Part shown: positions 9,609-18,358 of the stretch, in pieces
Position numbering within the stretch: position 1 is the stretch's first letter
Layout: the number at the start of each line of letters is the position of its first letter
Virus record (IMG/VR): IMGVR_UViG_3300009151_000088
Span: 1 to 55,887 of that record
Length of the DNA stretch: 55,887 nucleotides
Strand: one strand, 5' to 3'
Source: a virus
Lineage: Duplodnaviria; Caudoviricetes
Notes under the pieces: model-generated
Told to the model about the DNA's origin: nothing
Database searches by the model: none
The model's input: the letters and a program-made list of their open reading frames with translations, nothing else
Program-made: the position numbers and the translations under genes

Positions 9609-10424
9609 TCAGTCGGCTGATTTGCATCGGGCTCGTTTCGCATTAGTTAGTGCTCCAAAATCTACGGGCCATTCCTGTCCCGGTGCAAGTTCAACAGCAC
9701 CAGTTGGGAAAACATACTTAACACCAGCTTCTTGCATGATGTTAGCAACTGGTTGACGGAATACTGTTAGGTCATTGCCCAAATTTACATAAGGTTTAGT
9801 ATGTGGGAATCTCCAACCTGCAATTTGTTTCGTATTGTTATTAATGACAATTTTGTAATATCCATGAGGAATGATAATACCGTTACCAATTGTGGGATCA
9901 CCAGCGCCATACATAGCTCCAACGAATATAGTATAGCTTTGGTTCGTTTGTACTGCCCACCCACGTATAGAAGTTTCCAGTAATTTCCAAATTCCACGAT
10001 TCAGGCTTCCATGCTGGGGATACATGTTTGTCATTAAAAAACTTTCGTACTCTACTTGCTGGCTCCATGACAAGTCGCCATCAGGAGCCGCATGTCCTTT
10101 GTCATAGCCTGTGCCAGCATAATCATCTGGACGAGCACCTGTACCACCTAGGCTTTGATCAGCAACAAAGGCATTGGTACGTGGAAAACATCCTAGAGCA
10201 TTTTGTGGCAGTAGTGTGTAGGCAACATACACCGGAATCTTTACCGGAGCATCATATGCCACTAGATATGCTTCACGGCAAATGGGTTGGGCTGTACGTT
10301 GAGTTTGAGCAAAGCCGTAAGGGCTGTGTATTCGACATGCTTCTGCTGGTAGTGGAGCACGTTGGTCCCAAGCGTTGGCTAGACTTGTGGCCGCTAGCAG
10401 TAGCGCAAATAAAATCTTTTTCAT
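9609..10424 (-). CDS. DNA/RNA non-specific endonuclease (NucA/EndoG-type, His-Me finger) with signal peptide
   Basis: GYDKGH (DRGH-like) catalytic motif, ESF.MTNM.PQ...LNRG.W..LE, and an N-terminal MKKILFALLLAATSLANA signal peptide. Confidence 0.92.
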   Translation of the reverse strand: MKKILFALLLAATSLANAWDQRAPLPAEACRIHSPYGFAQTQRTAQPICREAYLVAYDAPVKIPVYVAYTLLPQNALGCFPRTNAFVADQSLGGTGARPDDYAGTGYDKGHAAPDGDLSWSQQVEYESFLMTNMYPQHGSLNRGIWKLLETSIRGWAVQTNQSYTIFVGAMYGAGDPTIGNGIIIPHGYYKIVINNNTKQIAGWRFPHTKPYVNLGNDLTVFRQPVANIMQEAGVKYVFPTGAVELAPGQEWPVDFGALTNAKRARCKSAD

Positions 10425-10451
10425 AGATATCCTATTAAGTATGTATATTTA

Positions 10452-11408
10452 TTAAGTTAGTTCTTTAATGGTAAAGGCAAACCATACATCTAATTTAGTA
10501 GCGTTGTCCACTCGCCGTAAACATAAAGTAAGCATATTAGGAGAATTTCCACCAATCAATGTTACAGGCCCTTCATCGCCTTGAGTATTTTTACCAATGA
10601 TAATGCCGCTGTGTCTTAATTTGGCGCCGTTGGTTGAAAAGGTATTGCCAGTATTACCTGAGTATTTGTCTTGATAAACTCTGTATTGTATTTTAGTACC
10701 TAGTGTTGTCCAACTGGGAATGGCAGCATCTGATATAGTTAAGTTTCCTTCATACCATTCGTAGACAATAGTGCTTTGATTAGCATTATTATTGCCAATT
10801 TCATACTCAACTATTTTTACTAAATCTGCAACAGTAGTTCCAGTAGTATTAACACGAAAACTAACCATTGGGCGCATCGTGTCATCCATGGTCCAACCGC
10901 GATTGGCATTAATAGAGGCATTGTTAAATGCATACACCTCTCCAGGTTCAGACCCTGTGATAACTGTGACAATATTGGCAATAGTTGCTGTTACAGTACC
11001 GGTAATTGCTGGCAAACTGCTAATGGCAACAGTACCAGTTATTGCTGGCATTGAACTAACTCGTACAGTGCTGGTAAAGTTGCTTACTGTAACTGTGCCA
11101 GTTATTGCTGGCATTGAGCTAATTCTTACAGTGCTGGTAAAGTTACTGGCAAACACTGTACTAGTAAAGTTATTGACAAATACAGTAGCAGTTTGCGTAA
11201 GGAATACGGGAACGGGATTAGTTAGGGTATTGTTAATTCTAATATTATCAAGGACGTTTATGTTGCCTGTAACAGTAATATTATCACTACCTAGGTCAAC
11301 ACGCAAATGCGGTTCACCGTCGCGATAAACCATTGCCTTGTGTAGGCTTAACAGGTTAGGCTCGTTAGGATGAACGTAACCTGTACTGTTAGGATTTAGA
11401 ACGCCCAT
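10452..11408 (-). CDS. Putative virion structural protein (318 aa) with internal Thr-rich repeats
   Basis: Repeated NFTSTV and SSMPAITGTV units, located in the structural gene block. Confidence 0.65.
   Translation of the reverse strand: MGVLNPNSTGYVHPNEPNLLSLHKAMVYRDGEPHLRVDLGSDNITVTGNINVLDNIRINNTLTNPVPVFLTQTATVFVNNFTSTVFASNFTSTVRISSMPAITGTVTVSNFTSTVRVSSMPAITGTVAISSLPAITGTVTATIANIVTVITGSEPGEVYAFNNASINANRGWTMDDTMRPMVSFRVNTTGTTVADLVKIVEYEIGNNNANQSTIVYEWYEGNLTISDAAIPSWTTLGTKIQYRVYQDKYSGNTGNTFSTNGAKLRHSGIIIGKNTQGDEGPVTLIGGNSPNMLTLCLRRVDNATKLDVWFAFTIKELT
10990..11176 (-). repeat. Coding tandem repeats (NFTSTV[R/F] and SS[M/L]PAITGTV units)
   Basis: ATTGCTGGCA occurs three times and (T/C)AG/GTAAAGTT-type units three times in this interval. 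Confidence 0.7.
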
Positions 11409-11415
11409 TTAAGAA

Positions 11416-11700
11416 TTAGTCAGCGTCAATTACAGTAACAGTAGCATTACCACTGGCCGCAATAAAGGCCACGTGTGTTCCTGTTGTAAAGTTAAAATCT
11501 AATACGGTGTTTGCAGGAATAACACAACTACTAGTAGTTGCGGCTATTGTGCTAGTACCAAATGCCATAAAGTGTGCAGTGGCATTGGTAAGAACTGTGA
11601 GCCTACGGCTGGTAATTGCTGTGCTAGTGCTGATTGCGCCTGTGACCATTGTTATAAATTTAGGAGCACCGGCGTTGTAAAGTGTATGATATCTACTCAT
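11416..11700 (-). CDS. Small beta-rich virion protein (94 aa)
   Basis: Clean ORF in the operon, Thr/Ala-rich. Confidence 0.7.
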   Translation of the reverse strand: MSRYHTLYNAGAPKFITMVTGAISTSTAITSRRLTVLTNATAHFMAFGTSTIAATTSSCVIPANTVLDFNFTTGTHVAFIAASGNATVTVIDAD

Positions 11701-11703
11701 TTG

Positions 11704-12033
11704 TTATTGTCCTTTGTTTTCTGCTTGATAGGTTGGGTACATTGATACAGAGTTTGCTCTTATATCAGCAGGGTTTTTAGGACCATTCCATCCACCACCT
11801 GCGTGTGTAGTCACTGACTCAATACCTGCCACAACTTCTGCAGGACTGTTGTCATACATCTGTGCTCGTTCTGCACTTAATATATCAAATATCTGTTTGA
11901 ATCTGTTGGTGTCAACACCTGTTTGAACAATGTCAAGTTCAGGCATGGCAACAACTTCCGGTTGTGGTTCTTGGGCGCAGTCTACTTGATCAATTAAGTC
12001 AAGTACTCCGCGGATGATGTCAGTGGCTTTCAT
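11704..12033 (-). CDS. Hypothetical protein (109 aa)
   Basis: Clean ORF. TAAATA 7 nt upstream of the ATG. Confidence 0.75.
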   Translation of the reverse strand: MKATDIIRGVLDLIDQVDCAQEPQPEVVAMPELDIVQTGVDTNRFKQIFDILSAERAQMYDNSPAEVVAGIESVTTHAGGGWNGPKNPADIRANSVSMYPTYQAENKGQ

Positions 12034-12048
12034 AGTATGTTATTTACA

Positions 12049-14805
12049 TTAAAATGTAGCACCGGCAAATCTTAGCCAACTGTTGGTAGCAACACAGACG
12101 TACATGCTAGTACTGTTCACAGCAATCTGTCCTTTTACTCCAGTGGATGTGCTAGATGCTGGCACTGTCACTGTGTTAATTGCAGAAGCATAGGCCACTG
12201 TGCCTGTGTTGGTAACAGCGTTCCAAGGAGTCTGATACCATATTGCACCAGGACTTGGATTGGTCATTGTAAATGCTGTGCCCGTGCTAATATTATATGT
12301 ACCACTACCGAGGCCACTTACTACTATAGACCAAGTAGTGCCTTGATCAGTTACTGTTATAATAGTCCAAGTAGAGAATGATGCGTATAGTGTCCAGCCT
12401 GCTTGTGGGGTTGGACCGCTAGGATTCTTAGCAAATATTATGGTAGCAGTTGGATTGGTAAAATCATTTTGTCCATATGAATTTAATGTTGTCACTGCTG
12501 GATAATAAGTTCCACTGCAATAATAAAAATAATTGCTGTCAACTGCTATGTCGCCAAGTTTATTAGTTGATGTACCCAATAATGAAGTAGGAGCACTTAC
12601 TATTCTTAGATTAGTTAGTTGTGTAGCAGTTACAGCATATCCAACAAACGCTGTAGAAGTATTAGCCAATGTAACGGCTGTGCTTACCAATGTAGAAGTA
12701 TTGAATGTAGAACCGCTGGTTGCCGCTGGGCCATATGTTACTTCTTTAGTAGTAGCATTATAATATATTGAAGTAGCAGTATTTGCACCATCGCTTCTAA
12801 TCGGAGCAATGTATAATCCGTTTGTAGCTGTGCTGTTTAATACCGATCCAGAAGCATTTAAAATTATTGTGTTAAGATGCTGATTGTTAGTACCGGCAAG
12901 ATGTCCAATTGCAATAGCATTTTCGCCCTGACTGTAGCGTCCTGCTTCTGTACCAATGGCAATTGCAGTTTGAGTCTGTGTATTCTCGCCCGCATTAGTT
13001 CCAATAGCAATGCTGTTTAAACCTTGTCCTCTATTGCCAGCAGTATCACCAATTGCAATAGCTTGTATGCCTTGGCTATATTGTCCCGAGCCCCAACCAA
13101 TAGCGATAGCACTACTGGCCTGTTGGCCGCCTGCGTGTGTACCAATGGCAATAGCATCGTAGTCCTGTGTGTTACCAGCATCAACTCCTATAGCAATGGC
13201 TAAGTTTGTAGAATCTTTAATTATAACACCGTGCGGCAATCTAACAGATCCAGTTGATGATACTGTCATTGTCCATGTACCTGAAACTAGAGCAGCCGCA
13301 GTGGTAGCATTAACTGCATTGGCTACCAATGTACCCGTATTAAAACTGTATGCATATCCTGCATTAGTTGATGTGGTAGCATTGACTGCATTAGCTACCA
13401 ATGTACCTGTATTAAATGATGTTGCATAGGTAGCTGTTACCGCATTGGCTACTAATGTACCTGTATTAAATGATGTTGCATATGATGCAGTAGTAGCATT
13501 GACTGCATTGGCTACCAATGTACCTGTATTAAATGATGTTGCATATGATGCAGTCGTGGCATTAACTGCATTAGTCATCAGTGTAGCAGTATTTAAACTT
13601 AGAGTAACTGTGCTTGTTCCATATACAGCGATTAAACCTGTTCCTGTAGTTATTGTCGGTGTTGCAGTTGCTTGTATACTACCATTTGGATATACTATGC
13701 TTCCGCTGGTTGTAATACTAAATGTCCAAGTACCATTTGAAATAGTAGATGTTGAATTTAATCCATTTGCACCATCTATGCCTGGTAGTCCTCGTAATCC
13801 TTGAGGACCGGATATTGGTCCAGCATTTTGCCAACTGGTAGTTAATGTGCTCCAAAACCAAACTTGATTAGTAGTTGTTACAATATATGCCTGTCCGTAG
13901 GTTCCTGACACTGGCAGTCCTGCGCTGGTGCTAGTACTACCTATTAAAGTAACTGGACTACCTACACCACCTACTACTGGCAGTCCATTTACTAGTAAGT
14001 TACCTGTGGTTGTGGCCACTGTTAAAGGTATGTTGTTTAGATAGATAGTACCAGATGTATAAATGTTAGCCCATTGGTTGGACGTAGATCCTAAATTAAT
14101 GCCGGGCCCAGAATTTGGAATTATATTTGAAACAAGTATTATATCGTCTGAAGTTATAGTTGCAGTCTGGGTTGATAATGAAGATAGTCGATTAACGCTA
14201 AACGTTCCCGAAGAGGAGATTTCAGCATGAGTAGTAATTGTACTAGTAGTACCATTATTACCTGTAAATCTTAACCTTATAGGAACTATTCCTGTACGAA
14301 CAGTTTGATCTACAACCGGAGTAATAATAAATCCAACTGTTGAAGTAGTACCGTCATGTCCCATAAAATGAATATCTACTATTTCGTCACCTTGTTGTAC
14401 CGCAGTTGGAGCTCGGGAGCTGCCTCTGCTTCTATAGAATTGAAAATTATTGGCATCGAATGTGTTATGGCTCTGAGCAAATAAGAAACCACAAGCAAAC
14501 CCGTTATTGTAAAATCCGTTTTCTATTACTAATGTGTTAAATGAGCCAGTGGTAACGGACTTGTTACCAATTGATAATGTTCCATTATTATATTCAATTC
14601 TGGGTATTGGCGCCAATGTTTGTGGAGAAATATAATATGCCAGTGTTGATGTAAAGGATGATGTAGTAATAACTCCACTGCCCCCTGAGTTAGTTACCGT
14701 ACTTAGATAAGCAAATGTACTGTTAACTTTATTAAATGCCGCACGAACACTATCACCATCACCTGCGTTTGGCCCACTACCTGTATTAATATATTGGATT
14801 GGCAT
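12049..14805 (-). CDS. Trimeric tail fibre/adhesin (918 aa) with short collagen-like segment, tandem repeats and YadA-like head repeats
   Basis: N-terminal IN.GSGPN.GDGDS.R.AF.K.N attachment motif, GPQGLRGLPGIDGANG, about 8 (A/S)IAIG..(A/S)G repeats, and C-terminal G.KGQIA....Y.YVC.ATNSW.R-type motif. Confidence 0.85.
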   Translation of the reverse strand: MPIQYINTGSGPNAGDGDSVRAAFNKVNSTFAYLSTVTNSGGSGVITTSSFTSTLAYYISPQTLAPIPRIEYNNGTLSIGNKSVTTGSFNTLVIENGFYNNGFACGFLFAQSHNTFDANNFQFYRSRGSSRAPTAVQQGDEIVDIHFMGHDGTTSTVGFIITPVVDQTVRTGIVPIRLRFTGNNGTTSTITTHAEISSSGTFSVNRLSSLSTQTATITSDDIILVSNIIPNSGPGINLGSTSNQWANIYTSGTIYLNNIPLTVATTTGNLLVNGLPVVGGVGSPVTLIGSTSTSAGLPVSGTYGQAYIVTTTNQVWFWSTLTTSWQNAGPISGPQGLRGLPGIDGANGLNSTSTISNGTWTFSITTSGSIVYPNGSIQATATPTITTGTGLIAVYGTSTVTLSLNTATLMTNAVNATTASYATSFNTGTLVANAVNATTASYATSFNTGTLVANAVTATYATSFNTGTLVANAVNATTSTNAGYAYSFNTGTLVANAVNATTAAALVSGTWTMTVSSTGSVRLPHGVIIKDSTNLAIAIGVDAGNTQDYDAIAIGTHAGGQQASSAIAIGWGSGQYSQGIQAIAIGDTAGNRGQGLNSIAIGTNAGENTQTQTAIAIGTEAGRYSQGENAIAIGHLAGTNNQHLNTIILNASGSVLNSTATNGLYIAPIRSDGANTATSIYYNATTKEVTYGPAATSGSTFNTSTLVSTAVTLANTSTAFVGYAVTATQLTNLRIVSAPTSLLGTSTNKLGDIAVDSNYFYYCSGTYYPAVTTLNSYGQNDFTNPTATIIFAKNPSGPTPQAGWTLYASFSTWTIITVTDQGTTWSIVVSGLGSGTYNISTGTAFTMTNPSPGAIWYQTPWNAVTNTGTVAYASAINTVTVPASSTSTGVKGQIAVNSTSMYVCVATNSWLRFAGATF
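13301..13573 (-). repeat. Imperfect 54-72 nt tandem repeats encoding NAVNATTASYATSFNTGTLVA
   Basis: AATGTACC(T/C)GTATTAAA occurs four times, with flanking GCATT(G/A)ACTGCATT units. Confidence 0.9.
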
Positions 14806-15131
14806 TATCTAATTCCCGCTAGTTTTCTTATCGATTCTAATTCCATATTTGATTTATATGGCATTTGACCGTGGTCCGGACCTTGATGAGCACTGGCGAT
14901 CTTTTCATATTGGTCCATTGAGAGAATACCCAAATTCTTTAAACTTAGTATACGTTCAACCAAATTATGCAGATCTTCATCAGTTTTAATATCTTCTCGA
15001 ACTAATTCAAATAATCGAATCATTAAAGGAACATCAAGAGACACATAGTCCTGCTTGTCTTGCATTTCTTTGATATTCTGCGGTTTTGCTGGATTTACCA
15101 GACTAGAATGGATAGTAGTATTGCGGTTCAT
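14805..15131 (-). CDS. Hypothetical protein (108 aa), possible prohead/core-associated
   Basis: Start re-assigned to ATG 15131 (MNRNTT), which has TAAATA 5 nt upstream. DVPL.IRL.E..RED motif and C-terminal LESIRKLAGI. Confidence 0.7.
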   Translation of the reverse strand: MNRNTTIHSSLVNPAKPQNIKEMQDKQDYVSLDVPLMIRLFELVREDIKTDEDLHNLVERILSLKNLGILSMDQYEKIASAHQGPDHGQMPYKSNMELESIRKLAGIR

Positions 15132-15143
15132 ACGACTATTTAG

Positions 15144-15172
15144 TTGCATTTTTTTGATTTCGATGTTATAAT
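15144..15172 (+). promoter_or_regulatory. Sigma70-type promoter for the HNH gene
   Basis: TTGCAT-17 nt-TATAAT with an extended -10 TG. Confidence 0.65.
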
Positions 15173-15207
15173 TAATGTTGTTCTTATTTTGATTAAATAG
15201 TAGTATA

Positions 15208-15717
15208 ATGAGCACTTTAATGTTAAACGCAGACGGAAGCCCAATCTCCTATCTGCCATTGTCAGTAATTTCTTGGGAAGATGCTATTAAGTATATTGTA
15301 CTTGAGAAGGCCACCGTTTTGGAATTTTACGAAGATTGGACTGTACACAGCGCAAATTGGGAAACTGCGGTTCCTGCCGTAATGATCCTGCGTGACTATG
15401 AAAAAAGAAAAACATCAGTGAGATTCTCTAAACTCAATGTTTTCTTGCGTGATGGCTACGAATGTCAGTATTGCGGGGAAGATGTTAGCCGTAAAACAGC
15501 TACATTAGATCACGTACTGCCAGTATCACATGGCGGTAAGACCACGTTTGAAAACTGCTGTACTGCCTGTGCTAACTGTAACGCAACCAAAGGAAATAAC
15601 AAAAAGATTATTCCCAAGGTCAAGCCATTTAAGCCTAGTTACTATCAGTTGGTAGACAAACGTAAGAAACTAAAGTGGGATTTACAACATCCAAGCTGGG
15701 CTAACTACCTAGCATAA
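15208..15717 (+). CDS. HNH endonuclease (McrA-like, HNH_5 type)
   Basis: NVFLRDGYECQYCG...TLDHVLPVSHGGKTTFENCCTACANCN. Confidence 0.92.
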   Translation: MSTLMLNADGSPISYLPLSVISWEDAIKYIVLEKATVLEFYEDWTVHSANWETAVPAVMILRDYEKRKTSVRFSKLNVFLRDGYECQYCGEDVSRKTATLDHVLPVSHGGKTTFENCCTACANCNATKGNNKKIIPKVKPFKPSYYQLVDKRKKLKWDLQHPSWANYLA

Positions 15718-15718
15718 G

Positions 15719-15743
15719 AAAAGCCGCTCTAAGCGGCTTTTTT
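15719..15743. terminator. Bidirectional intrinsic terminator between the convergent HNH and infA genes
   Basis: AAAAGCCGCT-CTA-AGCGGCTTTT with A and T runs on either side. Confidence 0.88.
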
Positions 15744-15748
15744 ATTGA

Positions 15749-15967
15749 TTATTTTGTACGATATACGATACGACATTTGGTTAAGTCGTATGGACTCATT
15801 TCTACTTTGACCTTATCCCCTTGCAGGATTTGGATTCTATTCTGGCGCATCTTGCCGGAAATATGCCCTAGCACGGTAGAGCCTTGCTCTAAAATTACCC
15901 TAAACATTGCGTTGGGCAGTACTTCTTCAACCCTACCTTCAAGGCTGATCATTTCTTCTTTTGACAC
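15749..15967 (-). CDS. infA: Translation initiation factor IF-1
   Basis: [13 protein letters not shown]......GHISGKMR...[24 protein letters not shown] start abutting the upstream stop, SD GGAG. Confidence 0.97.
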   Translation of the reverse strand: MSKEEMISLEGRVEEVLPNAMFRVILEQGSTVLGHISGKMRQNRIQILQGDKVKVEMSPYDLTKCRIVYRTK

Positions 15968-16210
15968 TTAAACAGTTTCTCCTTTTAAACCTTTAATTAC
16001 CAATTCTTTGGCACGGTTATTTAACGACAGATCTTCTGCGGTATGCATCTGCTTGGTCATTGACTTTACAAAATCTAGCATAACGATGCTGCCTTTCTCA
16101 GTCCAATGACTATAATCAGCACCAACACTACTGCGATAATAAAAATCTTTATTATTCATCAACTCTGTTAGACCTCCGTACATAAGATCCTTTATTACGA
16201 TTTTTTCCAT
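15968..16210 (-). CDS. Hypothetical protein (80 aa)
   Basis: Start re-assigned to ATG 16210 (MEKIVIK), immediately after the ligase stop. Confidence 0.7.
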   Translation of the reverse strand: MEKIVIKDLMYGGLTELMNNKDFYYRSSVGADYSHWTEKGSIVMLDFVKSMTKQMHTAEDLSLNNRAKELVIKGLKGETV

Positions 16211-16211
16211 A

Positions 16212-17525
16212 TCAAATCTTCTCGCCAGCCGCAAAGCCGCGGAATCGGAGAAAACGCGGAAAGCGCAACGAATAAGTGCCATCTTGATTTTGTGTAACAG
16301 CATCTGCTCTTACTTCCACAATTTGACGAGGCAAACTATCACGGTTATTCCAAAACTCAATTCGATCATCATCGCTAAAGCCACTACCAACATTGACTCG
16401 TATGTCTCTGTCATCATCGTTGCCGGAGCAAACAAAAGCCCCAAGTCGTCCTTCATTTTTACCAGTACCTTCTTCAACATTTGTAATCTCCAGTGATACT
16501 TCAATAAACGGCTTCATCTTGAGCCAATTGGCACTCCGCTTGCATTGATAAGTGGCGTTGATATCTTTGATCATGATACCTTCAAAGCCTGCTTCAATGG
16601 CGTCCTTGTTGTATTGTTTGAATTGTAGTTCGCCTACGTATTCAGCAAGATCAATTTCAATTTGAGGGATGATGTCAATACTGCCAATTTTATCAAACAC
16701 AGCTTTCATACTGCGTAGGAGATTGCTACGCCGGCGCTGTCCCATAACACTTTCGCCTGCTTGGAATTCACTGAGTGGAAGGATATCAAAAAGCATAAGA
16801 CGAGCGTCTTCGCTTTGCACATCTGTTTTACGATGTACCTGTTTCATTAATGCTTGGAAACTGCTACTAACCATTTCGCCGTCAAGAACAGTACTACGTT
16901 CAAATAGGTCAATATTAGCTTCGATGGCTCGAGTAATGTGTCCAAAATTTTCTAGTTCTTTGCCGTTACGACTGTACATAGTTACAGTCTTGTTTTCAGC
17001 ATTGATAATTGTGATTACACGAACTCCATCAAGTTTGGGCTCAAGAAGTTTTTTACCTATGATTTTCTTTTCGTGATTGGCACCGTCATGTGCTAACATA
17101 CACTCAAATACAGGCACAGATTTAATACTGGAAAAGTCTTTAAGAACTTTGTTTACAGTCTTTTCACTGACGCCACAGCGTAGGTCTTTGATAAGGATAC
17201 GACGATACCAGTCGTTCCATTGACTCTGTGTACTTGCACTCAATGCCAGTTCAATAGCATCACGAGCATCATGTCCAGTAAGTTGTCTGGTATACAACAA
17301 ATGAGCCAATTCTTTAAATGCAGTCCAGGGCAATCCTTGTCCATCCGGGCCTCCATGTGTGGGTACTTTCTTTACTCCAAAGGTATAAAGATTGTCTAGA
17401 GCCATACGCATACCCTCAAACAATTCTTGATTGTTACTAGTTGCTTCTGATTCTAGGATACCTTCTTTGTTTAAACGACTAGGATGATCTTCTAGAATTC
17501 GGATAATACTGGCACAATTGCTCAT
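16212..17525 (-). CDS. ATP-dependent DNA ligase
   Basis: EPKLDGVR adenylation motif, VLDGEM, EGIMIK, WLKMK and SLRFPRF OB-fold motif. Confidence 0.96.
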   Translation of the reverse strand: MSNCASIIRILEDHPSRLNKEGILESEATSNNQELFEGMRMALDNLYTFGVKKVPTHGGPDGQGLPWTAFKELAHLLYTRQLTGHDARDAIELALSASTQSQWNDWYRRILIKDLRCGVSEKTVNKVLKDFSSIKSVPVFECMLAHDGANHEKKIIGKKLLEPKLDGVRVITIINAENKTVTMYSRNGKELENFGHITRAIEANIDLFERSTVLDGEMVSSSFQALMKQVHRKTDVQSEDARLMLFDILPLSEFQAGESVMGQRRRSNLLRSMKAVFDKIGSIDIIPQIEIDLAEYVGELQFKQYNKDAIEAGFEGIMIKDINATYQCKRSANWLKMKPFIEVSLEITNVEEGTGKNEGRLGAFVCSGNDDDRDIRVNVGSGFSDDDRIEFWNNRDSLPRQIVEVRADAVTQNQDGTYSLRFPRFLRFRGFAAGEKI

Positions 17526-17557
17526 AATGTGATAGATGAATGGTTGAACATGTGTAT

Positions 17558-17586
17558 ATTATACAACCATTTTACCAAGAAGTCAA
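17558..17586 (-). promoter_or_regulatory. Sigma70-type promoter of the ligase-ORF80-infA operon, with a TGGTAAAA box in the spacer
   Basis: TTGACT-17 nt (tctTGGTAAAAtggttg)-TATAAT on the minus strand. Confidence 0.8.
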
Positions 17587-17602
17587 CTGCAATTTTACCA
17601 TT

Positions 17603-17926
17603 TCAAACGGAAAAGGACGAGCCACAACCGCATGTTGATGTAGCCTGCGGGTTCTTAATTGAAAAGCTACTTCCGGATAAGTCTTCTTTGTAGTCAATTT
17701 CGGCGCCCTGCAAATATTGCATACTCATTGCATCAACCAGCATTTTAAATTCGCCCACTGGAAACTCAAAATCATCTTCGTTTATTTCTTCGTCAAAGGT
17801 AAAGCCATAACTGAATCCACTGCACCCGCCGCCCTGTACAAATGTACGTAGTGCGAGTTTTGGATTATTTTCCTCTAACAACAGGTCTGCGATTTTGGTT
17901 TGAGCGTTGGATGTAATATTGATCAT
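17603..17926 (-). CDS. erpA: A-type Fe-S carrier, ErpA-like (HesB/IscA family)
   Basis: [20 protein letters not shown]...[14 protein letters not shown]...[12 protein letters not shown]. Confidence 0.9.
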   Translation of the reverse strand: MINITSNAQTKIADLLLEENNPKLALRTFVQGGGCSGFSYGFTFDEEINEDDFEFPVGEFKMLVDAMSMQYLQGAEIDYKEDLSGSSFSIKNPQATSTCGCGSSFSV

Positions 17927-17931
17927 GACAA

Positions 17932-17948
17932 TATTTATCAGGTAAATA
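17932..17948. promoter_or_regulatory. Back-to-back TAAATA late-type promoters for erpA (-) and iscU (+)
   Basis: TATTTA-TCAGG-TAAATA. The minus copy is 5 nt from the erpA ATG. Confidence 0.6.
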
Positions 17949-17980
17949 TCAAGTACAGTAAAAACTTCAAAGGAACAAAC

Positions 17981-18358
17981 ATGGCATATTCAGAAAAAGT
18001 AGTAGATCATTATGAAAACCCTCGTAATGTTGGTAAATTTGACATAGATGAATCCATTGGTACCGGAATGGTGGGTGCGCCGGCCTGCGGTGATGTAATG
18101 AAGTTGCAAATAAAAGTAGTAGATGGTATTATCCAAGATGCACGGTTTAAAACATATGGTTGCGGCTCAGCGATTGCGTCGAGTTCGCTTGTTACTGAAT
18201 GGGTCAAAGGACGGACACTTGACGAAGCGGGACAGATTAAAAATAGTGACATTGCTAGCGAGCTTGCCCTCCCCCCAGTTAAGATTCATTGCTCAATACT
18301 TGCGGAAGATGCGATCAAAGCGGCCATAGAAGACTATCGAAAAAAACAGCTGGCATGA
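17981..18358 (+). CDS. iscU: Fe-S cluster scaffold protein IscU
   Basis: [18 protein letters not shown]...[13 protein letters not shown]...[14 protein letters not shown]...[19 protein letters not shown]. Start at ATG 17981 with SD AGGA. Confidence 0.97.
   Translation: MAYSEKVVDHYENPRNVGKFDIDESIGTGMVGAPACGDVMKLQIKVVDGIIQDARFKTYGCGSAIASSSLVTEWVKGRTLDEAGQIKNSDIASELALPPVKIHCSILAEDAIKAAIEDYRKKQLA

Noticed and set aside
10990-13573. Diversity-generating retroelement TR/VR pair
   Set aside because: The repeats are in-frame tandem coding units, the differences are not adenine-specific, and no reverse transcriptase is in the window.
2247-13804. Many 60-295 aa ORFs overlapping the large fibre genes (for example 7330..8217)
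   Set aside because: Opposite-strand or off-frame shadows produced by biased codon use, with no SD or promoter.
14805-18358. Longer starts given by the track (15215, 16303, 17900, 18289)
   Set aside because: Internal ATGs (15131, 16210, 17981, 18355) fit promoter, SD or overlap signals and family N-termini better.
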